Part shown: in pieces, positions 40,636-52,823 of the stretch
Layout: the number at the start of each line of letters is the position of its first letter
Position numbering within the stretch: position 1 is the stretch's first letter
Source: Squalus acanthias
Taxonomy: Eukaryota
Direction of reading: 5' to 3'
NCBI GenBank assembly: GCA_030390025.1
Contig: CM059433.1
Span: 20,772,001 to 20,836,000 of the forward strand
Length of the DNA stretch: 64,000 nt
Translations under genes and position numbers: made by a program
The notes under the pieces: generated by a model
Told to the model about the DNA's origin: nothing
The model's input: only the letters and a program-made list of their open reading frames with translations
The model's database searches: none

Positions 40636-40719
40636 TGTGAGTTAGAACCCCACTATCAAGTTGAGTACATAATCTTAACTGGCACTTCAGTGGTGGAGCG
40701 TTGCATTGTCAGAGATGCT

Positions 40720-41494
40720 GGTCCTGATATTTACAGGGAGGGTGCAGGTGAGGTTGAAAATGGGCGAAAAACCCGGCAAGGCCGTGAACACAGAGGGCCT
40801 GCCGATCTTAACAGCAGGACCTCAGGAACATCTTGTAGCTCCGCCTCCAGCCCAGCAGCCAGCCAAATGGACAGGCTGGCCGCCGGGTGGGAGGAGCCAC
40901 CAGCGGCTGGAGGTCGCAGTTGGGGACCCTTGGGGATGATACCCTGCAATCGGGACTGGGTGGTTGGAGAGGTTGACAATCGGGAGTGGGGGGGGGGGGT
41001 GGGAGAAGTCGGTAATCAGGAGTGGGGGGGAGGTGGGGGGAGGCCTGCAATCAGGAGGGCTGGGGGGAAGCTGGAGATTAGGGCTGGAGGGAGCAGGCTG
41101 GCAATGTGGGCTGGGGGAGGGCGAAGGCTTCCTTGCGGGGCCTGGTGGAGACCGCTCCTGCTCCTCCTGACCCATAAGGAGTGCTGAAAGAGCCACTTGC
41201 CTTGGGGAGCTGGCAGCTCTCGCCTCCATTTCACTGCCGAGTTCCCGCGCAGCAGCAGTTAACTTCAAATCGCGCTCCCAATTGCACTGTGGGAGCCCGA
41301 TTTAAATAAGTTGATAAGCATCCTACCTCTCCGCGCCTGGACATTCAGATGCCCCGATATCCGTCAGCGTAAAAATGGCTGCGGCTATGTGTGCGGCGTG
41401 TTGGGGTCACGTTCCGCGCAGTTCACTTTTTAATTCCCCCTCCAAACCTCTCCCGCCCATTGTGGGCGGGGAGGTGGGCAGTAATATTGACGCC
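40720..41494. mobile_element. Harbinger-type MITE
   Basis: TIRs GGTCCTGATATT and AATATTGACGCC; flanks GCT/TCT; interrupts the SINE; shares cagccagccaaaT block with the 8466 element. Confidence 0.72.
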
Positions 41495-44074
41495 TCTCTC
41501 TTTCAAATGAGATATTAACTACTCAGATGGACATTAAAGATCTAATGGCAATATTTGAAGAGGAGCAGGGAGTCTTCCCAGTGTCCTGGCCAACATTCCC
41601 CCATCAAGCGACACCATCAAAAACAATTTAGTTGGGTGGTCATTCATTCATTCATTTACTGTTTGGGGGACCTTGCTGTGTGCAACTTGTCTGCCATGTT
41701 TGCTTACATAGCAACAGGGACTGGAATTCAGAATGAATGCATTCACTCTGAGACACTTTGGGATACCCAGAGGACTTGAAAAGTGCAGGTTCTTTCCTTT
41801 TTAGATGCAGGGTTAAATTGCCTCTTCTCTGCCTCAACCTCAGGACATTTCTGTTTGCACCAGTATGAATTTCCATTTCCGACACTCATCATCCGTATGA
41901 CCTTTCTGACTCATTTGTCTGCCAATTTGTGGGGGGATCTGTGCTGTGGAACTTTTTCCATTGTTGAATTGATTCTGTGCAAACTTCATTTCATGTAGGA
42001 CATGAGCTAACAGGGAGAAGGCCTCAAGACCCAGAAGTCAAACAAGTTGAACTAATTTATCTGTGTAATTATACTACTAAGTATAACTGATATAAACTTT
42101 TAATCTTTGGTGTTTTTGAATTTTACATATTAAGATTCAAGAATATCTGTGGGTTTGCATTTTTCCTGCAGCAGATCTGTAGTTTTATGGAAGAGTCAGA
42201 AGTGTTTCTTCCTCCAGGTATAAAATCATTTTTTTTAAACTAAAATATGACTATGGGGTAATAATTCCCTTAGTCATGATGTGAAGCAACATCATAAATG
42301 GGTTTATGAAGACTTTCTCTGGTATCTCTAGTGAAATTGTAAACATGTCTAGCTGGGATTTTTTGGGATGCCAGAGGAACATAAACAGGAGAGTAGGCCA
42401 TTCAGCCCCTCGAGCCGTATCCCCTTCTTGGCCCTTCCTTGGTTGGGATGACCTGAAGCGCTTGACCTGTCCTTGGTCACAGCATCCTGTGACCTTGGAC
42501 ACAGGGTGCTGGCTATATTTGCCACTGCTGGCAATGATCAGAAAGGAACGCCACAAAACCTTCACTCAAGGGGAGCATTAGTCCTTCCAGTAGCACAGGC
42601 ATTGCTACATTCAAATTACAGGGTTGCTCCTGCTCGCCTGCCACTCAAGTTAACCCTGTAAAGTAATTGGGATGTCCGAATGCTTCATAAATTGTGGCTG
42701 CAGCTCGAATTGGTGAAACATTTTTCGGAACAGCAGGAAACATTGTGATACTGACCAGTTTGCTCGTGGTATTAATACTGTGATTAAATGTGGACTCAAT
42801 TTGGGAATTTTCAAATTCTAAACTTATGACACGAAGCAATGAAGTAAGACAGTTTGCTGATGTGATTTGTTGTCATTTGGTGCATTTTATGTATGAAAAT
42901 GGACATATTTATCTGTGAACTTGCAGTTTCTGTTGTCACTTGAACCATTCAATTAACTTATCACTTTGTGAAGACTCTTGCTTTTGTTATTCTCTTTGTG
43001 GTATACAAGCTCACTTCTGATACAGCCATCGCAGGTTTGTCGAGCAATAATAATTGTTGAACATTGCAAAATAATAGTTATCATGGTTTATGGTTTGATG
43101 CTTCCACCCTAAATCCTTTTGCCACTTTGCTTTTCTCTCCAACTCCAAATCACGCTTTTGGTCGCGCCACCTAATCTCCCCCTTCATGACTCAACATCTG
43201 TTCCCTTAACTACTGCTATTTATTCACCCTGCCCCAACTCCCCACCCATAAAGTGTCTTTTTTAGGTTCAAGGTGCTATATAAATTGTTGTTGCAGCTGC
43301 TATATGAAACAAAGTTCTTGTTTATACAGAAAGAGGCAGCATAAACCATTATCCATGCAAGAACGTGAGGTGTTTATGTTGAAAGAAAGGAATGATACTG
43401 TTCAAAAAGGCATATAGGCAAGTTGGTTTTGGTTTCACATTGACACAACCTGTAAAGTCTAATTCGGCTGTGAAGTCACATGAATAGCAGTTAGGCAGCT
43501 AGTCTGAGCGTGCGACAAGACTTCACACTTGCTGTAGTAAGATTGTAACTGACCTTAAAGCTTAAAAAGTTTCCAGGTGGTCTCAACGGACTGTCTGGGA
43601 GCATCAAAAATTAATGTTTGAAAACTCATTTGAGGTTGGTAGAGAGCTGACTGTCCCATCAGATCTTGGTTAAGATTAATATTTAACTGGTTTTCATAGG
43701 AGCAGGATGAGGTCATTCAGCCCCTTGAGCCTGTTCGGCCATTCAATTAGATCATGGCTGATTTGTACCTCAACCCCATTTACCCGCATTTGCTACATAT
43801 CCCTTGAATGGCAGTGAGCAAGACTCTTTTCCATGGCCAGAGTAATGTGGATCCTGCAATGTAACTGGCGTCTGCCACATCAGTATGAACAGATACTGCT
43901 TTCAAGCTTTTTGAATCATTAGTTTTTGTGAGGTAGTTGATGCTGGCAGGACCACATTTATTGTCCGACCCTAGTTGCCCTGAGAAGGTGGTGGTGGTCT
44001 ATCTCCTTGAACCACCACAGTCCTGGTGGCGATGATGCGCCCATGAAAGTTGGGGCGCCCCTACTGATAATTGT

Positions 44075-45608
44075 TCCAGATGGAATGCATCCTAGGTCAC
44101 CTAGGAAGCAAAGGTAGAAATAGCAGAGGCATTGGTCACAATCTTTCAATCCTCATTGGATACAGGAGTGATGCCGGAGGATTGGAGGGTTGCTAATGTC
44201 ATACCACAATTCAAGAAAGGGGAGAGGGATAAACAGGAAACTACAGGCCAGTCAGTCTACATCAGTGGTGGGGAAGTTATTGGAAACCATTATCATGGCC
44301 AAAATAAACTTTCATTTGGAAAGGCATAGGTTAATCAAGGAGAGCTAGCAAGGATTTGTTAAAGGTAAATTCTGTCTGACTAACTTGATTGAATTCTTTG
44401 ATGAGGTAATAGAGAAGGTTTGTTCAAGATAGGGAAGTAGATGTTGTAATGGAAAGTATTCGACAAAGTGCCACATGGGAGGCTTATTAAGAAAATGGAA
44501 GCTCATGGAATTAAGGGGAAAGTGGCGGTATGGATACAAAATTGGCTCAGTGACAGGAAGCAGAGGGTGGTGGTGGCTGGATGATTTTCAGACTGGGAGG
44601 TGAGTTGCAGTGGTGTTCCCCAATGGTCAGTTTTGGGTCAATTACTCTTTCAGGTTTTTATAAATGACCTAGAATCGGGTGTAGATAGCAGCAGTTATAA
44701 AGTTTGCAGATGAGACAAAACTTGGCAAAGTAGTAGAGAGTGATGAGAATAGTTATAGGCTTCAGGATGACATAGACAGGGTGGTGAAATGGGCAGAAGC
44801 ATGGCAGGTGGAGTTCAATGTGGAGAAGTGTGAACTGATGCACTTTGGGAGGACTAATATGGAAAGACATTATACTATAAATGGCACAATTTTGAAAAAT
44901 GTAGTTGAGCAGAGAGACCTTGGTCCATATACACAAATCCTTAAAGGTTGCAAGGCATTGATGAAGTGGTTTAAAAAGCAAATGGGTTACTTGGGTTTAT
45001 GAATGGAGGAATAGAATATAAAAGCAAAGAGATCATTCTCGAACTTTATAAATCACTGGTTAGGCCTCAGCCGGATTATTGTGGACAATTCTGGGCACCA
45101 CACTTAAGAAAAGATGTAAAGGCCTTCCGAAGGATACAGAGGAGGTTTACCAGGATGTTACCAGGGATGAGGGACTTCAGCTATGAGGAGAGGTTGGAAA
45201 AGTTAGGACTGTTCTCCTTGGAACAGAGAAGAGGTGATCTAATAGAGGTTTTCAAGTTGATGAGAGGTTTTGATAGAGTAGATAGAGAAAAACTATTCCC
45301 TCTGACGAGTGGGTCAATAACCAAAGGTCATAGATTCAAAATCATTGGCAAAAGATCTAGAGGGGAGACGAGGAGACATTTTTTCACTCAGAGGGTTGTC
45401 GGGACCTGGAACGCTCTACCTGAAAAGGTGGTGTTAGCTGATTCCATAAATAATTTTAAAAGGGAGTTGGACAGGTAATTGAGGATGAGGAACTTACAGG
45501 GTTGCGAACAAAAAAACGGGGATGTGGGACTAAGTACAACTGTTCTTTCAAAGAGCCAGCAAATGCACGACAGGCGGAATAGCCTCCTTCTGTGGTGTAA
45601 GATTCTAT
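44075..45608 (+). mobile_element. CR1 LINE RT fragment, degenerate; tail continues at 46413
   Basis: ORFs 44132..44329, 44781..45002 and 44999..45478; gattctat tail. Confidence 0.88.
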
Positions 45609-46412
45609 GGGCTGGATATTAACTCGGAGGCGGAGAGGGAACCGGATGGTGGGGGAGTGGGGGGCAGGGGGCTGGATTGAGGTCGGGAAACTCAGAAGAA
45701 CGGGTTTCCCTCAGGCACTGCCGATTTTAACAGCAGGGCCTGATTAACATTTTTTCTCTCCGTTTCCTGGCCATAGCCAGCCAGATTGAGAGGCTGGCTG
45801 TTGGGCAGGTAGGCCTTCAGCACCAGGCCGCAGCTGGGGAGGGGAGAGGAAGGAGGGAGACATCGGGGAGGCTGGGGGTGGTGGAATAAGATCGGGAGTC
45901 ATGAGCCGGGCAACACAGGGGAGAGCGGAGGCCGGGGTGATCGGAGTCCGGAGGCCACAAGGAAGATCGGAGGCCAGAGCAGGGGGGAGATCAGAAATAT
46001 CGGGGGGTGGGGAGGTGAGATTGGAGGCCTCATGGAGGCGATCGGAAGGGTCGGCGGAGGTGTCTGATCGTGAGGGGTGGGTGAAGCAGGTAAGCTGGAT
46101 CCAGCAGGTAAATGGAAAGGCATTTACCTCCTGGATCCACCAGTCCTTGCCTCCCTTTAGCCGTCGGCTTTCCTGAGGCCCGGGAAACCCAGCCGGCCAG
46201 GGTTAAATTTAAAATGGTGGTTAAATGTGAGGATCCCAGCCTCATTATAATATTTAAATTGCCAACCCACTTCCTGCGAGCAGGTTGGTTGCCTGACCCC
46301 CATCCCCATTACGATAAAACCGGAAGTGGGCGGGTTGGGGTCGGGATTCAGATTTTTTTACATTTTAACATCCCGCCCTCTGATTAAAATTAAAGGGTTA
46401 AAATTCCCCCCC
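45609..46412. mobile_element. Harbinger-type MITE in a CR1 tail
   Basis: TIRs GGGCTGGATATT and AAATTCCCCCCC; TAT on both flanks. Confidence 0.78.
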
Positions 46413-46669
46413 TATGATTCTATAATGATAATCATAGGGAATTCCAGAATTTTGACCCAACAACGATGCTAATGTTGAGCTTTGCATGTGGAACTCTATA
46501 CAAAGAATAATATTTTCTTTTAAAATGCTAAATGCTAAATGCTAAAATGCTAATTTTCTCACTGAAATTGGTCTTTCACCCCCATCGTATCTGTTGTGAA
46601 CACATCAGGTACAATTGAGATCAAAAATAAAATGAGAAATTGCTGAAAATTCCCAGGTCAGTCAGCACT

Positions 46670-47005
46670 GATGTTTCCTCTTGTGGGGGAGTCCAGAACG
46701 AGGGATCATAAAGATAAGGCAGTCACTAATACATCCAATAAATGAATTCAGGAGAAACTTCTTTACCCAGAGAGTGGTTAGAATGTGGAACATATTACCA
46801 CAAGGAGTAGTTGAGGCGAATAGCATGGATGCATTTAAGGGGATGCTAGATAAGTACATGAGGGAGAAAGGAATAGAAGGAAATGCTGATAGGGTGAGAT
46901 GAAGTAGGGTGGGAGGAGGCTCGTGTGGAGCATAAGCACCAGCATGGACCAGTTGGGCCGAATTGCCTGTTTCTGTGCTGTAAATACTATGCAATTCTAT
47001 GTAAT
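46670..47005 (+). mobile_element. CR1 3' fragment inserted in a Penelope-like remnant (46622-47056)
   Basis: ORF 46681..46902 EFRRNFFTQRVVRMWN; flanks match the two halves of the 26490 repeat. Confidence 0.75.
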
Positions 47006-47704
47006 GTAACGAGAAAAGACAAGTTAACGTTTCAGATGTATACCCTTCATCAACTGTTATCATTTAATTAAGGAAACAACAATTTATTATACCGTCTGCT
47101 GCAATGTTTTATCTTTCTGTTTAATTGGGATATTTTGGGATCATTTACTGCAACGTTTCTTTACTGCAATCATGTTTAAGATCATGTAAGGAATCGATAA
47201 TACTTGCATACCACTGTAAACCTTCACTCAAAGTCAGATTTCATTATATTGCTCATATGGTACCTTCTTCACTGCTGTCAGGTTTTTTTAAAAATTTAAA
47301 ATAAAACAATTTTGACAGCAAGCATGACATGCAGAAAATTAACTTGTTAAAATATGTTCTTGGGAAGCACATCTGTAATCGGAGGAGCCATTGCAGCCTC
47401 ATGATTCATGTTTGTTTGTATGTGTTTCGCTGCCGTGGCTCTTGTTTGTTTTACGATTATTAATTAGGTCAAATTCTGTTTGTATACAGATCCAACATAA
47501 GTGCTTTGTGTGTTCAGGTAATTACTGGTGTCGGCAATCAATCATTGTTCAGATATTTTCAAAACCCATAGTGCTACATTAGCATAGCGATTGGGCACAA
47601 AACCACTTTTTTGTGCCCTATTTCTCTCCAGTTTTCTCCCTTCCCCGAAGGCATTGATCGATGCCCTGTTATGGTTCCACAATTGGCTGCCATCCAGTAT
47701 CTTG

Positions 47705-47785
47705 AGAGGTCGCACAACACCAGGTTATAGTCCAACAGTTTTATTTGAAATCACAAGCTTTCGGAGCTATCGCTCCTTCCTCAGG
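47705..47785 (-). mobile_element. 81-bp Penelope-like insertion with hammerhead motif and 12-bp TSD
   Basis: tccagtatcttg at 47693-47704 and 47786-47797. Minus strand CTGAGGA A GGAGC-GATA-GCTCC GAAA GCTT, then AATAAA. Confidence 0.8.
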
Positions 47786-48819
47786 TCCAGTATCTTGCCC
47801 AGGCAGCTATTTTTCCTGTGTGAATATACCTATCCTTACCCAGTGTCCACATGTGCACAAGTTCCAGCAGGGACGATATTGAGAAGCTGCAGCCTCGCTG
47901 GTTTCTTTTTTCTTCTGCCCAATCCAGGGGTACAAAGGCACTCGACCTCCTCCCTAATGGATATCAGATAGCTCAGCACAGGCTGACGATTGAATCCGGG
48001 AGATTTCTGGTCCCCAAATCCCACACTTTCCCAAGTGAGCCTTCAGAAAAGTTTATCGTGACATTTTTCTGATGGGAATTGCCATATGACTGGAAGTCCA
48101 GATTTGAGAGGCTGAAAATGCATTTCTCAGTGTGATGTGTACACCCGATCAAAAGCATCCTATAAACAGGCTAAGTGACACAGCGGGCTGAGGGAGAAGC
48201 TGGTACCGTGACATTTGTGCTGGCAGTAACATTATTTTGACAAGAAAAAGCAATAACTATTGCTTCTGACAGAAGTACATTTGCAGCAGTCTGAAGTGTC
48301 TTGTTTCTTCAAACAGCGAAGTTAATCCTGATGTTGGGGGAAGATGAGGGGAACAGCGGAACAAACAAGCATGTGTAGAGGCAGCAGCTGCATTTCAACT
48401 AAGCATGATCTGTTTCTATTGGTAGTAGGAGGAAGGTGAGACAACCAAGTGACACCTTCATTCGTGCAATGCATTAGTGGTGTTCGAAGCAAGTAGATTT
48501 GCTTTTCATACTAGCTGAAAAATATTGAAAGAAGAAAGCCTTACCGTAGGTTAAATGTCATTTCTTTCTTCTGTCAAATTATTCTTTACTGCACTTTATT
48601 AGACGCAAAGGCGTTTTATAGTGTGTCAGAAATAAGTGTAAGTCGAGCAGTCTGCTGTGTTGGGAATGATGACAATTAGCATATCTTAATGCAATTGAAC
48701 TTTGTGTCAGAAAGCCAAGTGATAGTGTGTCAAACTTAGCATTGGGTTGGCATCTAACATCATGGGCTAGTATATTAAAGCTGAACATCCCACAGTTCAT
48801 AAAAATGTCTATATTTTTA

Positions 48820-49460
48820 TTCATTCACAGGTTGTGGGCTTCACTGGCAAGGCCAGCATTTATTGGCCATCCCTAATTGCCCTTGAGAAGGTGGTGGTGA
48901 GCCGCCTTCTTGAACCGCTGCAGTCCGTGGGACAGGACATACCCAGGGATGTTGATGGAGGTGTCTGGGACATTGGCTGATAGGTATGATTCTGCGAGTA
49001 TGACAGGATTGGATTTGTCATGCTATTGCTTGACTAGTCTGTGGGACAAGCTCTACCAAATTTAGCACAAGTCCCCAGATGTTAGTGAGAACAAATTTTC
49101 AGTGTCAACTGGGCTGGGTGCCTTTGTCATATCCAATTCCAATGCCATCCAGTTTTATTCTTATTTTAGTGTTTTGATACAACTGAGTGGCTTGCAAGGC
49201 CATTTCAGAGGGCAGTTAAGAGTCAACCACATTGCTGTGGGTCTGGAGTCACATATAGGCCAGACCGCAGGATTCCTTCCTGAAAAGACATTAGTGAACC
49301 AGTTGAGTTTTTATGACAATCTGACAATATTCCAGATTTATTTAATTGACTTTAAATTCATAAACTGCCACAGTGGGATTTGAACTCACGTCTCCAGATT
49401 ATGAGCAGAGGCTTTTGGATTACTCATCCAGTAACATAACCACTATGCTACCGTATCCCC
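48820..49460 (-). mobile_element. Composite retroelement: tRNA-like head, internal segment, LINE family 2 tail
   Basis: 48820-48930 matches the 2200 tail. The minus strand from 49460 reads ggtagcatagtgg (A box) ... gagttcaaatccc (B box). Confidence 0.55.
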
Positions 49461-51015
49461 ATATAGATAAGAAACCTGCTTGGCTCCTCCTTTGTTTAGT
49501 AAGTAAGTACACCACTTAGTTCAATACTAAGCCACACAAGTCCTGAAGGTCCCAGGTACAATCCCTGATGAGTTATCTGACCTCTGCTGGGGCAGCAGTT
49601 AAGGAATACAATTGATCTCAGTGCATCTGGGCTAGCAAAGAGAAAATCAGCAATGGTTCTCGCTCGGATTAGTATTAAGCAAAGCCTGCTACAGAAGTGT
49701 GTATAGGGATAGGTCAGGTGAGGACAAGATCTGACATTTGTGATGTTCTTGGCTGTTAAACGGCTTGCTGCACTTCACTATCTTGGCTCACATATGAAGA
49801 ATGAGCACATAGGCAATGCACAGATTGCTCTTGGCACCTGTGGAATCATACTCGACACAGGATCCAATGCGTCAAGAGACCAGGAGAGGAAAAGGAGGGG
49901 TAACCGGGCCTGTTATTAAACACTTCTCTGTAGAAGTGTCAGCTTGGTTTAGTTAGTAGCACTATCGCCTTAGTGTTATAAGGTTGTGGCTTCAAGCCCC
50001 ACGCCAGGACTTGAGCACATGATCGAGGCTGGCACTTAGAGGTATGACATTGGCCCAGATAATTGCTGGAAAAATAATGGCAAGTACACAGTGCCCGCCA
50101 TTATTAGTGCGCAAAACACCCAGCAGTTTTAAGCGAGGAAGAGATACACTGTGAGTTGCGAATCGCCACAAATTGCTGAATGATTTGTGCCACTCTGCTG
50201 TAAGCCTTACAAAAACGGGAGCTCACCCTCAACCTCCCCGTGAGTGTCAAGGGATTGCTGGATTTGCAGCGTTAATTAATCTCATCGCAGACATTATGGG
50301 CTGATTATTCATGTCATAAGGAGCCTGTGATTTATAGTCCTGACATGCTGCTCAACCTTGGAGGCCTAGAAAGGGAACAATGAAACTGTGGAGTCTCACT
50401 CCTGCAGGTAGTAAATTGATTCTAGAGGGTTTTTTTTTTTTACATTTTTTTCCTACTGTGTCCATTTCAAATGGCAAGCATGCACTGCAACAGGGAGGCA
50501 GTAAGAAAGCTGCAAGATCGAGCGAGTGACAAACCTACATGAAATCTGCTGATATGAGACTCGCACTGACCGTAAGTGCAGACCCGAACATCCAGGTCAT
50601 TTTCTTGGTAACATGCATTCCCTTGCGAATTGGACCTTGCGTCGCCCCCAGCGAGGCTCTGCATTTCCAGCAGAGCCTCCCAAAACTGGTGCTTTTGTGC
50701 ATTAACACAGCTGATGATAGCTTGATCTTCTCAAAGCAGAGAACATTAACCATCACACGCACCTTTTTCCAACTACTGCTTGAATATTTGCACAGAAATT
50801 GCACAGACAAAAGTTTGTCATAAGAAGGAATTTTGATTTAGATTTTGAGACTGATCGGTCTTCCAGCGAAGACCCGAGCTTCTGATTTGGGCCTTCTTTC
50901 TGATTGCTGGCCTCTCTCAAGGGCTAAATGGGCTATTCACTTGAATTGCAAAATGTGTCTAAGTTTAGACCACTGTATTATTTTGATGTACTACAGATAC
51001 ATGGTGAGGAATAAT

Positions 51016-51181
51016 TGGAGTAATTTTAATCTAACTCACCAGGCGAGAAACCCACAGGATCAGGTGGAATGCTAGTTTTACATCCTGCCCAATGGAGAAT
51101 AAAATCAAGCTGGGTGTAAAACCGGCATTCCACCCGATTCCATCAGTTTCCCAATGGTTGGGTCAGGTTAAAATTTCCCCC
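51016..51181. mobile_element. 166-bp fold-back Harbinger-type MITE
   Basis: Ends TGGAGTAATTTTAA and TTAAAATTTCCCCC; AAT on both flanks; arms atcaggtggaatgctagttttaca and tgtaaaaccggcattccacccgat. Confidence 0.75.
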
Positions 51182-52334
51182 AATGTGTTTAGCACCATGG
51201 TAGCCAACGGTTGATGGGTAAAAGGGCAAAACAATCTGAAATAAATGGTCATTAAATGGGGAAAAAGAAACAAGTCAATTGGTTTAAATTTTGTGAAAAC
51301 TGAATTAATCTTGGTTCATACCGACAACAGATTTGTCATGAAGGAAGACATGATATTCTGTGTTATTTCCTTGACTCGTGAGGTAGTTATAAAAAGTTAT
51401 TTATAAAGTGTGAATGATGAGACTTACTCAAGCGGGCAACTCCAATGTGTTGATACATCTTTAATTTCCACACTTGCAATCCAGCCATGCTGAGCTGAGA
51501 TTACCAATTACTTTTGGCAGTTCTGGGGTGTGCACATTGCTGAGACTGCCAGGGTTTTGCTCAAGATGGCTCTTAAAATCCATCAGTGACAGCAAACCTT
51601 CATCTTCTTCTCTTAAAATGGATTTGAACCTTGAGCTTCAGATTTGACAGCTGGTGACCAAGACTATTATTTTAGCCAGCTGCATCACTGAGTCCTGGAA
51701 CTATACAGTCCTAGGTTGTGACAGCGCATTTTTTAAAAATACAATCGGGATGATGGATGTGAGGAATTATCTCTTCACTTTCTCTCCCATTGCTCATCCT
51801 TGATGTCCTGTGAATTCTTTTTTCCACTTTTAGTTCCATGAATTTCATAAGGTATGGAAAAGGTCCATTCTGGAATTTAATTTGCTGGATGGGCTCAGAG
51901 AAACAATCTGAAACTATAAGTACAAAAGTAATTAATTAAACTGAAGGGTTTTCCCGCTGCCATTCAGCCATCACTATTTAATGCAATTTTTACATTCAAT
52001 TTTTAAAAATAAACAAAAAGGGATGATAGCAAGGCGGGAACAGAGCAGAATGAAACAAAGGTTTCAAAGTGAAAATGCTGTTGGACACAAGGAAATTTTC
52101 ACAAGACAATAAAAATAATAACGGTATCAACATACTTAAAGCATTTAAAATCAAAATGAGATCTTTGAGTTGCACATCATGGAGTTTAGGGGTAACAGCA
52201 TTATGTTGCTGAGCACCTGCTGAGTTGGGTAACATATTGGAAGATAATTTTATACAGTTTTTTCTCAGTCTTGGACAAGACAAGAGGGAGATTGCTTTCA
52301 CTTTGCTTGCTGCAGTTACAGAGTATGTTTATAA

Positions 52335-52715
52335 GCGGTGACGCGGTGCCGGGCTGTGCTTGGCCGCCACCGAGGGCCAACTTAAAGGTCAGCCAAAAGA
52401 AGAAAATGGCGGCATGGGTCACAGACGCACCTCCCCTTTAAATACTGCCCGGTTCGCGACCCGCGAGGCTGGTGCAGACATCGCCCGCGGCAGCCTTGCA
52501 GGGTGCAGCCGAATTTCTGCTGCGGGGCAGTAAGGGGACGCAGCGGGGCGCTAAGGGGTCACTGTGCACGGCGGTGACATCATCGCCCGCCGAATTTCAC
52601 GGGAGGTGCTTTATTCGCCCCCCCCCCACTCCCACCCGGGCGATAACCTCTTTGCGCCCCATTAGCGCCTCCTGGAGGCGCTAACGGCAGGCGCAAAGGA
52701 GCTGAATTTCGCCCT
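52335..52715 (-). mobile_element. Truncated, diverged relative of the GC-rich MITE
   Basis: aaaatggcggc, cggcggtgacatcatcgcc, cattagcgcc, ggcgctaac; one end ctgaatttcgccctt. Confidence 0.7.
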
Positions 52716-52823
52716 TTCTGTCTTTACAAGATGGTGCTTTGTAGCGATATAAATGTATAGAGTGTTAACACTTACTGTCTGGACTCAAGCACCAAGAATT
52801 TGCACTTGGTAATGGTACCAGGG

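Larger units (their letters stand above)
39870..41800 (+). mobile_element. Degenerate Deu-domain SINE split by two MITEs
   Basis: Segments 39870-39931, 40636-40719 and 41495-41800 are colinear with the SINE at 55305. Confidence 0.62.

Noticed and set aside
51187..51207. REST/RE1-like tttagcaccatggtagcc (also ttcagcacc at ~45816)
   Set aside because: The right half-site GGACAG is not matched.
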